Source: an uncultured Acidobacteriota bacterium (GTDB taxonomy: Bacteria > Acidobacteriota > Vicinamibacteria > Vicinamibacterales > JAKQTR01). From it: 64,000 bases of DNA. The position numbers and the translations under genes were made by a program. The stretch is from assembly GCA_963843385.1 (NCBI GenBank), contig CAWJJY010000007.1:363651-427650 (forward strand). Direction: 5' to 3'. The notes under the pieces are model-generated. The model was given only the letters and a program-made list of their open reading frames with translations, had not been told where the DNA came from and made no database searches. Below are positions 36,901 through 45,544 of this stretch, piece after piece (position 1 is the stretch's first letter; each line of letters starts with the position of its first letter).

Positions 36901-37106
36901 AGCTGCGCCTCGATCGCCGGGTAGTAGAAGATCTCGAAGTGTTCGGTGTTGTAGATACGCCAGTCGAACCGGTCGTACCGAACCAGGTTCTTCCCGAAGT
37001 ACGGGACAAACGGCGTTTGAGCCGCGAGCGGCGGGGCCGCGACCAGCAGGGCAAAGGCTGATACGGCCGCTACCCTCGTCACCAGGGCGGTGCGCGTCAG
37101 GCGCAT
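33990..37106 (-). CDS. Large outer-membrane protein: HExxH metallopeptidase-like region + TolB/PD40-type beta-propeller + C-terminal beta-barrel
   Basis: Signal peptide ...LLVAAPPLAAQ; LITHELTHIFEF (HExxH); repeated FSPDGK/WSPAGD PD40-like blades; C-terminal strand-rich region ending FWIGFDF. Start at ATG 37106 after GAGGTGA. Confidence 0.65.
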   Translation of the reverse strand: MRLTRTALVTRVAAVSAFALLVAAPPLAAQTPFVPYFGKNLVRYDRFDWRIYNTEHFEIFYYPAIEAQLERVSGYAESAYQKVSADLKHDIAQKIPLILFKTHAEFEQENVIPGAAEEGVGAFAEPTRNRMLLPLDDPPDQLYRLITHELTHIFEFDIIPQGLIRRSVPLWVAEGLSDYVAGDWQPIDLMTVRDAAVADIVPKMSELEGYGNTNNPRMVYNMGHACFEFIESRWGKEGIRQYLFALRKSVVGGGENAFEDAFQLKGEDFDQQFEKYLKDRFKPFRDKERPADYGKNMAPRPEKGAFQGALSLEPSPTGDLIAAATVNRNDREVDIVLLSAKDGKVIRDLTPGFDQNMGFDYVVTPGSRWITVPWLSWSPAGDRLAYVVRHERGKSIIVQNVLNKKIEKRFNLNNEIDEPESPRFSPDGKSIAVSGRKNSVGDIFLINIATGQIENLTNDPFDDYAPVFSPDGKSIVCVSRISGNEKIFRLDLATRKKTQLTFGTHDDGGAQFVDADTVLFPSTALDPNKTVEPEVARNGNIYNLWTLNLKNGELRQYTDALGGNFSPVVVRDGKTTKFAFVTYYKGDYELHMLEPKEPAVIAMATDFGAPGPVIDFQAPLSHTLVKANQKKKGPFEKMFLDGRPPVSVGVTSGGELFGGTAISFSDVLGDKDFSFYAASVSQYRQFALSMTNMSRRFQYALQAYWMDQFFYAQNSSFYDPSYGPYISRDMAVAVRTNRGATGFGIYPLDRYRRIEVSGGISYTKEQYNNSDVAAVSQQYQQSLYGRQLFRNGWAIPLTVAFVQETTIFREFGPLSGNTMRAAYTIAPSLGGGGNSMSWQTVDADVRKYLRLAGSSLLALRVRTFRSWGKTPDFTYFGGNSEMRGFDYLQFLGQNGVFANAELRFPIINAMATPLGVLGGVRGVFYFNIGGGWFDNSGFKFSARNDELVNPVVGFQTDPLSGASVPVYGDPVPISGFRLVGGRASYGVGLETFALGFPIHLDWTKRTLFNQAWEDAVFGPGGSDAYRKSRFQFWIGFDF

Positions 37107-37448
37107 GCGTTCACCTCGAGGACGGAAATGCACGGGGATGTTCAACTCGTGCACGATGTTACTGCCTCTACGACGGGTGCTGCAACGCTTCGGATCCAGG
37201 GAAACCGACCTACTGAGAGCAAATCCCGTACCTCGAGCCACAGCGCCCAAGGCGGGATTCCACGCCGATACGGGTCGGATTTCGGTTGAATCCTGTCCAC
37301 CTCACCGGGCGTACTTGTCTCCTGCGGGGACACCGGGCGTCCCGCCGGCCTCGCCCGCGGTCCCCGGCCCGCGGAATGTGCCCTATACTGATGGACTGGC
37401 CGTTGGCGCCGGGGTCTTTCGCTAAACGTCGCGCAACCGGGGAGGCCT

Positions 37449-38054
37449 GTGTTCGGTCGACGTCCGTCCACTTCCGCGAACGACCGCGAACCTGAGGGGT
37501 TCGAGGCGCAGGCGCTGGCACTGGTCGACCGCCTGTACGCCACGGCCCTGCGGCTGACGCGGAACGAGGCCGACGCCGAGGACCTCGTCCAGGAGACCTA
37601 CCTCCGCGCGTTCCGGTCGATGGGCCAGTTCGAGCCGGGGACCAATCTCCGGGCGTGGCTCCATACCATTCTGCACAACCTGCACCTGAACTCGCGGCGC
37701 GACGAGGGCCGTAATCCGGTGGATGCCGACGCCGATGCGGCCGACCGGGCCGGCGAGGTGCCCGACCGCGACGCCAACCCCGAAGAGCTGCTGCTCCAGC
37801 GTGCTCGGGATGCCGACGTGCGGGAGGTGCTCGACAGCCTCCCCGGCGCGTTCCGCGCCGCCGTGTGGTTGCGCGACGTGGAGCAGTTTTCCTACGCCGA
37901 GATCGCCAGGATCGTCGACGTGCCTGTCGGGACCGTGATGTCTCGAATCTCGCGTGGCCGGCGCCTGCTGCACGATCGGCTGCTGGCCCGCGCGGAACGG
38001 TTCGGCGGTCAGGCGCGGCTGCCCGGGGCCGTTCCCGCCACGCGCAGCGTCTAA
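37449..38054 (+). CDS. ECF-type RNA polymerase sigma factor
   Basis: Region 2 (DAEDLVQETYLRAF....F......AWL..I..N) and region 4 (FSY.EIA.I...P.GTVMSR..RGR..L). GTG start after GGAGG. Confidence 0.88.
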   Translation: MFGRRPSTSANDREPEGFEAQALALVDRLYATALRLTRNEADAEDLVQETYLRAFRSMGQFEPGTNLRAWLHTILHNLHLNSRRDEGRNPVDADADAADRAGEVPDRDANPEELLLQRARDADVREVLDSLPGAFRAAVWLRDVEQFSYAEIARIVDVPVGTVMSRISRGRRLLHDRLLARAERFGGQARLPGAVPATRSV

Positions 38055-38073
38055 CAGGGGGAGAACATCCGAC

Positions 38074-38826
38074 ATGGCGAACTGCCCGCAGGTTGACCCG
38101 CTCATTACGCCGTATGTCGACGGCGAGGCGTCGGAAACCGAGCGGGCGGAAGTCGAGACGCATCTCGGCCGGTGTCCTCCGTGCCAGCGTCAGGCCGAGG
38201 CGGAATCCACGACACGGACCCTGTTGCGGGAGCGGTCCGACACGCTGGTCGGCCCGGTGTCCCGGCGGCTGCGGGAGCGGTGTCAGGACACCGCCCGCCA
38301 CTGGTCCGAGCTCGGCACCCCGGGGCGGCGGTCACCTCGCCTTGCGCGGCCGCTGGCGCTGGCGGCCGTGACACTGCTCGCCGTGCTGGGCGCCGCAGCC
38401 TACGGCCTCGTGTTTCATCCCGCCGAGGCCTTGTCTGCTCAATTGACGCTGGATCATCTGGTGTGCTTCTCGCGGCCTGGCGCGGCAGGGACGAAGACGG
38501 CTGCCGCGGTCAGCAGCGACTTGCGCGTCCGCTACGGCTGGGACGTTCCGGTGCCGGAGGGGCCGGCGCCAGCAGGCTTGACGTTTCTCGGGGGGCGGCG
38601 GTGCTTCGTGCTGCACGGCGCGCTGGCGCATCTCCTCTTCAGGCGCGGAGCGCTCCCCGTGTCGGTCTACGTCATGCCGCGCGGCACCGCGCTGCAGGGC
38701 GACGTCGCGATCCTGGGATACACCTCCGTGATTTTTCGCCGGGGCGACGAGACAGTGGTGGTGCTCTCGCGCGATTCGCGGGAGAATGTACGACAGGTGG
38801 CTCAGTACTTCGGGATGCGTCAGTAG
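38074..38826 (+). CDS. Anti-sigma factor (zf-HC2 type, single-pass membrane)
   Basis: HLGRCPPC (H-x3-C-x2-C) near the N-terminus, one TM segment (LALAAVTLLAVLGAAAY), and an extracytoplasmic C-terminal domain. It lies directly after the ECF sigma gene. Confidence 0.75.
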   Translation: MANCPQVDPLITPYVDGEASETERAEVETHLGRCPPCQRQAEAESTTRTLLRERSDTLVGPVSRRLRERCQDTARHWSELGTPGRRSPRLARPLALAAVTLLAVLGAAAYGLVFHPAEALSAQLTLDHLVCFSRPGAAGTKTAAAVSSDLRVRYGWDVPVPEGPAPAGLTFLGGRRCFVLHGALAHLLFRRGALPVSVYVMPRGTALQGDVAILGYTSVIFRRGDETVVVLSRDSRENVRQVAQYFGMRQ

Positions 38827-38918
38827 CGCGGACTCATGCATGAAGGCCGGCATCAATCCCGTGCCGGCCCGGGAAATGTTCAGGAGCCACGCCAACTCCA
38901 GAACGAGGAAGACCTGGT

Positions 38919-39458
38919 ATGAATCGACGGTGGGTCATTGTTCTGCTTCTGGTCGCGGGTGTGACGCTGCTCGTGTGGGGCGGCATGCGGGGGCCTGGCG
39001 CCAGCCGGACCACGTCAGCCGGGCCCGGGTGCGACGCCAACGCGAAGCCGGCCGACCTGAAATTCACGCTGAAGGACATCGACGGGAACCCGGTGAATCT
39101 CGCCGCGTACAAGGGCAAGGTGATCCTGCTCGATTTCTGGGCGACGTGGTGCGGTCCGTGCAAGATCGAGATTCCCGGGTTCGTGGACCTTCAGAACAAG
39201 TATCGCGACAAAGGGCTAATCGTCATCGGCGTCTCGGTTGACGACACCCTCGAGCAACTGCGGCCCTTCGCGGCGGCCTACAAGATGAACTACCCGGTGC
39301 TGCTCGGCAACGGCCGCGACGACGTGCAGCAGGCGTACGGGCCCATCTGGGGATTGCCGACGACCTATATCATCGGGCGCGATGGCAGGCTCTGCAAGAA
39401 ACACATGGGGCTCAATCCCAAGGAGACGTTCGAAAAGGATATCCTCGGGCTCCTGTAG
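38919..39458 (+). CDS. TlpA/ResA-family thiol:disulfide oxidoreductase (thioredoxin fold)
   Basis: N-terminal anchor, then LLDFWATWCGPC (WCxxC). Confidence 0.85.
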   Translation: MNRRWVIVLLLVAGVTLLVWGGMRGPGASRTTSAGPGCDANAKPADLKFTLKDIDGNPVNLAAYKGKVILLDFWATWCGPCKIEIPGFVDLQNKYRDKGLIVIGVSVDDTLEQLRPFAAAYKMNYPVLLGNGRDDVQQAYGPIWGLPTTYIIGRDGRLCKKHMGLNPKETFEKDILGLL

Positions 39459-39530
39459 TATGATGCGACCAGGAAGGACGAGCGGGGAGACCGGCGCACC
39501 TCGCGACGCCATGGTCACCGTCTCCGGTGG

Positions 39531-39767
39531 TTGGTGCCCGACATGCTGAAAGGGTTCGTTCACGCGCGGCTGGCCTGTGGATGCCGGCTCTCCTTCAGGG
39601 ATGGCGTCGAAGGAAGCCCGGTGACCGTGGTGCTCGACGAAAAGGCGCCCGGGTGCGTGTCATCGCTCCACGTTCGCGGCCTTCCGCTGTTCGACCACCG
39701 GGAAGCGATGCGTCCTCCGACCCGCCTCGGTCCTCCCGAAGAGATCGATTTCGAAGAAGAGGGCTAG
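39531..39767 (+). CDS. Small hypothetical protein
   Basis: 78-aa ORF with a GC-rich third-position bias similar to neighbouring genes. No family recognised. Confidence 0.35.
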   Translation: MVPDMLKGFVHARLACGCRLSFRDGVEGSPVTVVLDEKAPGCVSSLHVRGLPLFDHREAMRPPTRLGPPEEIDFEEEG

Positions 39768-39806
39768 CCGCCCAGTCTCAGCTCGGCCGGCTTTCGGATT
39801 CCGCAA

Positions 39807-40007
39807 TCAACCCTGCCCGCCCTCGTCCTTGTGGCGGCGTCCCTTCGCCCCGGACTCACGACCCAGCCGCCCGGCGTCCTGCAGGACACGGCGCAGCAGG
39901 AACTCGATCTGCGCATTGACACTGCGCAGATCCTCGTTCGCCCAGCGCTGCACCGCGTCCAGGATGACCGTGTCGATCCGAATCAGGAACGGCTTGCGAT
40001 CGGCCAC
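39807..40007 (-). CDS. Arc/MetJ-type ribbon-helix-helix DNA-binding protein
   Basis: KPFLIRID..ILDAVQRWA.EDLRS.NAQIEFLLRR is a typical RHH pattern. It lies 5 nt downstream of the SPFH gene. Confidence 0.65.
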   Translation of the reverse strand: MADRKPFLIRIDTVILDAVQRWANEDLRSVNAQIEFLLRRVLQDAGRLGRESGAKGRRHKDEGGQG

Positions 40008-40012
40008 GGCGG

Positions 40013-40888
40013 CTATTGATAGAGCGTCCCGGTGTTGACCACGGGCTGCGCCGCCCGTTCACCGCACAACACGACGAGCAGGTTGCTGACCATGGTGGCC
40101 TTCCGCTCTTCGTCCAGTTTGACGATGCTCTTCTTCGACAGCATCTCGAGCGCCATCTCGACCATGCCGACGGCCCCTTCCACGATGCGCTGGCGGGCGG
40201 CGATGATGGCGCCCGCCTGCTGGCGCTGCAACATCGCGGCGGCGATCTCTGCGGCATAGGCCAGATGGCTGATCCGCGCTTCGATGACTTCGACACCCGC
40301 CTTCGCGAGGCGGTCCTGGATTTCCTTCTTGAGGTGCTCGGCCACCGCGCCGGTGTGCCCCCTGAGCGACATCACATGCTCGTCGTGGGAATCATAGGGA
40401 TAGCTGGTGGCCAGGTTCCGCAGCGCAGCCTCGCTCTGGACGTGCACGTAGTTATTGTAGTCGTCGACCTCGAAGCAGGCTTCCGCCGTTTCGACGACGC
40501 GCCACACGACCACCGCGGCGATCTCGATCGGGTTGCCTTCGTTGTCGTTGACCTTGAGATGCTGGCTCTCGAAGTTGCGGATCCGCTGCGAGATCCTCCG
40601 CTTCGAGTAGAACGGGCTGGCCCAGCGCAGGCCGGGCTTCTTGACGGTGCCCACGTAGTTGCCGAACAGCTGGAGCACCTTGGCTTCGTTGGGGTTCACC
40701 AGGAACAGGCCCATCATCAGGAGTACGTCGATCAGCCAGACCAGGACCCACCCGAGGATGGCCCAGACGCTGGGTTCGGCCGGGGTGACCGCCTGGATGA
40801 AACCGTAGATGCTGGCGAGCAGCACGAACACCAGTACCGGCAGGACCAGAAGTCCCGACACCGCGTCCCGTTCGATCTCGCGAACCAT
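40013..40888 (-). CDS. SPFH/band-7 domain membrane protein
   Basis: Two N-terminal TM segments, then an SPFH-like core ([17 protein letters not shown].....A.F.V.D...). Start at the ATG after AGGAGG. Confidence 0.75.
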   Translation of the reverse strand: MVREIERDAVSGLLVLPVLVFVLLASIYGFIQAVTPAEPSVWAILGWVLVWLIDVLLMMGLFLVNPNEAKVLQLFGNYVGTVKKPGLRWASPFYSKRRISQRIRNFESQHLKVNDNEGNPIEIAAVVVWRVVETAEACFEVDDYNNYVHVQSEAALRNLATSYPYDSHDEHVMSLRGHTGAVAEHLKKEIQDRLAKAGVEVIEARISHLAYAAEIAAAMLQRQQAGAIIAARQRIVEGAVGMVEMALEMLSKKSIVKLDEERKATMVSNLLVVLCGERAAQPVVNTGTLYQ

Positions 40889-40911
40889 GTTCGACCTCCT
40901 GTGCTTTCGTA

Positions 40912-40939
40912 ATGATATCAAATTGCAATCTGATGTCAA
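40912..40939 (-). promoter_or_regulatory. Sigma-70-type promoter for the SPFH-RHH pair
   Basis: Minus strand TTGACA-16 nt-TGaTATCAT, about 24 nt upstream of the ATG, with AGGAGG between. Confidence 0.6.
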
Positions 40940-41250
40940 GGGCACATTCGATCCGCGGGGCCGACGGGTGCCCTCACGAGCTGACGCACGAGTGTTGGCC
41001 TGTCATTCGGAGCAGCGCGGGGTGCCGGCCGGTGCGCAGCGAACGGGCCCGATCCGTGCCGGGCAGGTTCGGCACGGCGTGCGCCCCCAATAAACGGTTG
41101 AGGGGGGCCGGCATCGGATGTCGTGCGAGGTGAATCCCGGGTATCCTAGCGGGAAGTGTGTCCAGTGTCCACGCGACACCGGCGAGGTCGGCGCCGATTG
41201 TCCGCGGTATGATGGAGCCTGGTCGGGCCCATCGCCCCCGATGGAGTCAC

Positions 41251-41622
41251 ATGACTGATTGGCGGCAACATCTGAGGCGGAGGAGCGTCGGGCTGGCCGT
41301 GATCCTCGTGGCGCTCTCAGCCGCCTGCAGCAGCCGGGAGGGACCCAGGCCGATCCGCTTCAACGCGAATACGATGATCGTGCAGAACCAATCCGCGGAC
41401 GAATGGACTGGCGTCGAAGTCTGGGTCAACGATCACTACCGGGTGACCAAGGCGTCGATGGCGCCCGGAGAACAGTTCAACATCCCGCTCACGGCCTTCG
41501 TGGCGGGGTTCGGACAGCGATTCGACCCGAAGCGGCAGGTCGTGCAGGGGGTGGAGGTCACGGCGCGGGCCAGGTCCGGCGCGAGCATCACGCTCGTGCA
41601 CGGTCGCGGGCGTCGTCGATAG
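41251..41622 (+). CDS. Hypothetical lipoprotein
   Basis: Signal plus lipobox (VALSAAC). No family recognised. Start set at internal ATG 41251. Confidence 0.5.
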   Translation: MTDWRQHLRRRSVGLAVILVALSAACSSREGPRPIRFNANTMIVQNQSADEWTGVEVWVNDHYRVTKASMAPGEQFNIPLTAFVAGFGQRFDPKRQVVQGVEVTARARSGASITLVHGRGRRR

Positions 41623-41641
41623 CAACGCGTGGAGAAGCGGC

Positions 41642-41944
41642 ATGGCGAAGCTGATATCGGAATTCGAAGTGACCTGCCCGTGCTGTTCGGCCACCCTCGT
41701 GGTCGACAAGAACCTGCAGCGCGTCATCTCGCACAAGGAGCCGGAACGCGAGGACAAGCCGGACCTCGACATGGCGGCCCGGCTGGTCGCCGAAGAGGCC
41801 GAGCGGCGGGAGGCGGCGTTCCAGCAGTCGGTCGCCGCTGAGAGGACGCGAGGGGACGCGTTGTCGCGCCGATTCGAAGAGGCGCTGAAACAGGCGCGAG
41901 AGGAACCGGTCACCAAGCCGAAGCGGGACTTCGACCTTGACTAG
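41642..41944 (+). CDS. Small hypothetical protein with an N-terminal CPCC motif and a charged helical tail
   Basis: 100-aa ORF with coding-like codon bias. No family recognised. Confidence 0.45.
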   Translation: MAKLISEFEVTCPCCSATLVVDKNLQRVISHKEPEREDKPDLDMAARLVAEEAERREAAFQQSVAAERTRGDALSRRFEEALKQAREEPVTKPKRDFDLD

Positions 41945-41956
41945 GCGCGACCTGTC

Positions 41957-42655
41957 CTACCACGCAACGTCGTAGCCAGGCCCCGTGAACTGGCGAGGCA
42001 GATCGGTCCACGCCGAGCGCCCTTCGTAGCGCACCGGCTTGCGGTCGGGATAGGCCGCCTTGAAGGCGACATAGCGCTTCCGCAGCGCGCGCTCTCTCGC
42101 CCAGTCCACTCGCAGCGGCCGGTGCGGGCAGTCGATCAGCATCTGCTCGGCCTTCCACAGGTTCTTCTCCGACAATCGCCAGTCGTAGGCGCCAAGGACG
42201 CGCAGGTCCACGACCTGGTAGGCCGTGATGCACCCGGACAGGTCGACATACGGTTCGAAGTAGCTCATCGCGAGCGCGCGGGGTGAGTTGAAGACGGCCT
42301 TTCGCCCGTGAAGGCCCGGATCGCGCGATCGGGCGACGGACCCCCATCTGCCCGCCCGCCGATAGACGAAGATCACGTGATCGAGCTTGTCAATCGACTC
42401 GAAGCTGAGCACGAGCGGAGGGTAGCCGTGCTGTTCCAGAATCACGGCGGCCGACAGCGCCGCCTCCAGGCAATGCGCCGTTCCCGTCCTCACCACGCCG
42501 CGGAAACTCCGCAACGTTTCCCCGCGCGGGGCGGGCTCGGTGTTGTAGGGCAGGCGGTTCAGGAATGTCTGCACGAGGCGCGGGGTGCGCAGCCGCCTGA
42601 TGAGGCGCCGTTCTTCCGCCGTAAACGACGACAGGGGCGGAGGGCCTTCAGTCAT
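41957..42655 (-). CDS. Hypothetical protein, possible transglutaminase/papain-like Cys-His-Asp fold
   Basis: GTAHCLEAA ... LDHVIFVY ... ARSRD spacing resembles transglutaminase-like cores (weak, from memory). The ATG overlaps the stop of the upstream synthetase gene (ATGA). Confidence 0.45.
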   Translation of the reverse strand: MTEGPPPLSSFTAEERRLIRRLRTPRLVQTFLNRLPYNTEPAPRGETLRSFRGVVRTGTAHCLEAALSAAVILEQHGYPPLVLSFESIDKLDHVIFVYRRAGRWGSVARSRDPGLHGRKAVFNSPRALAMSYFEPYVDLSGCITAYQVVDLRVLGAYDWRLSEKNLWKAEQMLIDCPHRPLRVDWARERALRKRYVAFKAAYPDRKPVRYEGRSAWTDLPRQFTGPGYDVAW

Positions 42656-44949
42656 CGAGTCGCAGCCGGCACGTCGAGACCTTTCAGTGCGGCGTGCCTC
42701 GACGCGACCCGCTCGTCCCGGCGCCGGCGATGGGCACAGAACGCATTGAACAGCCGCAGCGCGCGATCCGCGGACCGGAACGTCGGCACACCATGCGCGG
42801 CCAGATCGCGCGCCATCGGATCGTACAGGGCGCCCGCGTCGACCACGGCCACCCAGGGTTTCCGTGTCGTCCGCCTCAGGTCGGCCAGCCGGCGCGCCAG
42901 CGATCCGTCGCGTCCGATGTCCTCACCATGTCCGGCGTCCCGGGCCAGGGTGTTGAGCGCCGCCGTGAGGGGCACGCAGCCTACGCAGACGGCGTCAAGC
43001 GCCGGATCGGCGAGCAGCGCCTCGACCACCTGCGCGTACGGCTCATCCGACATCATCGGCGTGAGATCGAGCGGATTGTGCACGTCGACCACCTGCTCCA
43101 GGCGCGCGCGTGCGAAGAGTTCCTGGACCCGGCGACGGGTCTGGTCCGAGAATCGTCCAAGCGTGAACTCGCCGAGGTTGTCCGCGATCGCCACGCACTC
43201 GAACCCGGCATTGGAGACGGCGCCGAGCCGCCGGCCCGAGATCTCGGTGTCGCGCAGCTGCGAGAAGAGCAGCGCGAGATCCTCGAAATCCTCGAGCGTG
43301 TCCGCGACGACCACTCCCTGCGACTCTCCGAGCAATCTGGTCACGGCGTAATCGCCGGCGATCGACGCCGTGTGGCTCGCCGACGCCTTCGCGCCGGCCG
43401 CGGTCCGTCCGGCTCGGTACAGGATAACGGTTCGTCCGCTCGTGACGATATCGCGCGCCGCGCGCAGGAATTTCAGGCCATCCAGCGGGCGAAAGCCTTC
43501 GACGTAGACCGCGAACAGTTCGATCTCCGGATCGTCCTTGAGGTACGCCAGGTAGTCCCCGACGGTCAGATCCATCTGGTTGCCGAGCGTCACCGAGTAC
43601 TTGGGATTCAGCAACCCGAGCTTGCTGGCCTTCGACACGGCGAACGCACCGCTCTGCGAGATGAACGCAACAGGCGACCTCGGCCCCGACGGAACGGGAA
43701 GCTTGTACTCGGGGATGAATGTCGTGTCGTAGCGCCCGGGCAGGGACCTGATGCCCAGGCAGTTACCGCCATTGATGAGCGGCCCGCGCCACTCGCTCGC
43801 CCGCGCCTCGGCGAGCGCCGCGTGCATCCGCGCGACGATCTGTTCGCTGCCGGCCTTTTCCTCGAGGCCGCCGGGGATGAGCACGACGCTCTCGGCCTTG
43901 CGCGTCTCGATGATCTCCGAGAGCGCTCCGGCCGACTGGGCCGCATCGATGCACAGGACGAAGAGATCGACGCGCTCGGGAACCGAGGCGATGTCGGGCA
44001 CGCAGGGACAGCCCTCTATGGAGGCGATGCCAGGCTTCACGATGTGAATCCGCCGGCGGTCGAATCCCTCGCGGATGAGGTTGTTGACGATGATGTGGCC
44101 GGGATTCAAGCGCTCGGAGACACCCATGATCGCGGCGGATCGCGGTTCGAGCAGGCGCTTCAGCTTCCAGAGCGGCTTCTCGACGGCAACGCCGCCGCTC
44201 GACGGATCACGCAGCGTGGCCAACGCATCGAGGGCGACCAGGCGTCCATCGGGTGTGACCGCGAAAGGATTGACCTCGAACTCGGCGAGCTCGCCGCCCA
44301 TCGCGCCGGCCAGCGACAGGAACGCCCCGACGGTCCTCGAGAGTGTTGCCATCGCCAACCGCGGCGACTGACCACGCCGGGATTTGGTGATGAGGTCGAC
44401 GACGGCGATGCTGCCAAGAGCGGTCTCGAGGCCGCCGGCCTCGACCAGATCCGGCGAGAGCACGGCCATCTCACGGCCCGGCCGGATGTTGCCCGCCAGG
44501 AACTCGGCGTAGATTCCGCCCGCCCCGCAGGTGACCACCGGCCCCACGTCCCCGGTCCAGCGCAGGCCGATGAGCAGTTCGTGGCCGAGTCCCGCGTCGT
44601 GCTCGATGTATTCGTTCACTGTGAACCCGACGAGGCCCTGGCCCTGAAGCCGCTCCTCCATGGCGGCCACCGCAGAGGCGATCTCGTCACGCGTGTTCGG
44701 CACGACCACGACGCCGCCGGCCTCGCTCTTGTGCACGATCTGCGGCGACTGCACCTTGACCACCACGCGGCGTCCCGGCAGGTCACCATCCCGCCAGAGT
44801 GCGGCCGCGGCGGCATCGCGGATCACGACGTGGCGGGGCGCGTCGAGCCCCATCAGGCGGACCAGCGCAAGGCCCTCGGCCTCGAGGAGGCCGAGACGGC
44901 CGTCGTGCCGCGCCGTGGCGAAAAGTGCCCGGATGCCGGCGAGATCCAT
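42652..44949 (-). CDS. ADP-forming acyl-CoA synthetase (acetate--CoA ligase family, fused ATP-grasp + CoA-binding/ligase domains)
   Basis: N-terminal ATP-grasp region, CoA-binding Rossmann region (AIMGVS....PG), and phosphohistidine-loop-like SHTASIAG. Length 765 aa. Confidence 0.8.
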   Translation of the reverse strand: MDLAGIRALFATARHDGRLGLLEAEGLALVRLMGLDAPRHVVIRDAAAAALWRDGDLPGRRVVVKVQSPQIVHKSEAGGVVVVPNTRDEIASAVAAMEERLQGQGLVGFTVNEYIEHDAGLGHELLIGLRWTGDVGPVVTCGAGGIYAEFLAGNIRPGREMAVLSPDLVEAGGLETALGSIAVVDLITKSRRGQSPRLAMATLSRTVGAFLSLAGAMGGELAEFEVNPFAVTPDGRLVALDALATLRDPSSGGVAVEKPLWKLKRLLEPRSAAIMGVSERLNPGHIIVNNLIREGFDRRRIHIVKPGIASIEGCPCVPDIASVPERVDLFVLCIDAAQSAGALSEIIETRKAESVVLIPGGLEEKAGSEQIVARMHAALAEARASEWRGPLINGGNCLGIRSLPGRYDTTFIPEYKLPVPSGPRSPVAFISQSGAFAVSKASKLGLLNPKYSVTLGNQMDLTVGDYLAYLKDDPEIELFAVYVEGFRPLDGLKFLRAARDIVTSGRTVILYRAGRTAAGAKASASHTASIAGDYAVTRLLGESQGVVVADTLEDFEDLALLFSQLRDTEISGRRLGAVSNAGFECVAIADNLGEFTLGRFSDQTRRRVQELFARARLEQVVDVHNPLDLTPMMSDEPYAQVVEALLADPALDAVCVGCVPLTAALNTLARDAGHGEDIGRDGSLARRLADLRRTTRKPWVAVVDAGALYDPMARDLAAHGVPTFRSADRALRLFNAFCAHRRRRDERVASRHAALKGLDVPAATR

Positions 44950-44955
44950 ACGCTC

Positions 44956-45534
44956 CTACTCCTGCTGCGCCGCGTCGCGGCCCGCCCTCAACGCCTTGAG
45001 ATTGGTCTCGACCACCTTGTCGCCCTTGGAGGCGAACATCGATCGCGCGAAGTGCTCGATGGTCTCCAGCTTCACCGGAAGCAGGGACGATGCCGCGCCG
45101 ACCATCACCATGTTGGTGGCCCGCAGCGACCCGGCCTGCCGGGCCAATTGTTCGCTGTCCACGAGAACCGCGTGCGGCAGCGAACGGATCGTGGCGAGGA
45201 TGCCGTCGAGCGGCGGATAGGCCGCGAAGTTCTTGACCGGGTTGGTCGACGTGACGATGGCGCCCTCGGGTGACAGGTAATCCAGGTATCGAAGGCTTTC
45301 GACGGGTTCCATGCTCAGGATCATCGCGGCGCCGCCCCTGGGAATGAGGTCGCTGGCGATCGCGTGATCCGCCAGGCGCAGGTTGGCCAGCACGCTGCCG
45401 CCCCGCTGCGACATGCCGTGGACCTCCGACTGCTTGACGGAGAGTCCCTCCCTCATGGCGCTCGACGCGATGATCGCCGACAGTGACACGACGCCCTGAC
45501 CGCCAACTCCCGCAACGATGATGTCAAATGTCAT
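44956..45534 (-). CDS. iorB: Indolepyruvate:ferredoxin oxidoreductase, beta subunit
   Basis: I.VAGVGGQG......I...A...G......SEVHGMSQRGG.V is typical of the 2-oxoacid:ferredoxin oxidoreductase gamma-type domain in IorB. Confidence 0.8.
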   Translation of the reverse strand: MTFDIIVAGVGGQGVVSLSAIIASSAMREGLSVKQSEVHGMSQRGGSVLANLRLADHAIASDLIPRGGAAMILSMEPVESLRYLDYLSPEGAIVTSTNPVKNFAAYPPLDGILATIRSLPHAVLVDSEQLARQAGSLRATNMVMVGAASSLLPVKLETIEHFARSMFASKGDKVVETNLKALRAGRDAAQQE

Positions 45535-45544
45535 GGCTCTCTTC

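Noticed and set aside
37107-37448. ECF-type promoter (GGAAT ... CGTT) in the OMP/ECF divergent region
   Set aside because: The only GGAAT/CGTT pair has a 23-nt spacer, too long for ECF promoters (about 16-17 nt). TATACT at about 37385 lacks a TG extension or a -35 element. Left unannotated.
42694-45273. 859-aa ORF on the plus strand. Similar very long ORFs: 18437-20575 (+), 54977-57622 (+), 33589-35988 (-), 5731-7200 (+), 1585-2868 (-), 7753-9159 (-).
   Set aside because: All lie antisense to, or out of frame with, genes that have clear family motifs. Their translations are Arg/Ala/Gly/Pro/His-rich low-complexity strings, typical of shadow ORFs in GC-rich DNA. No motifs recognised.
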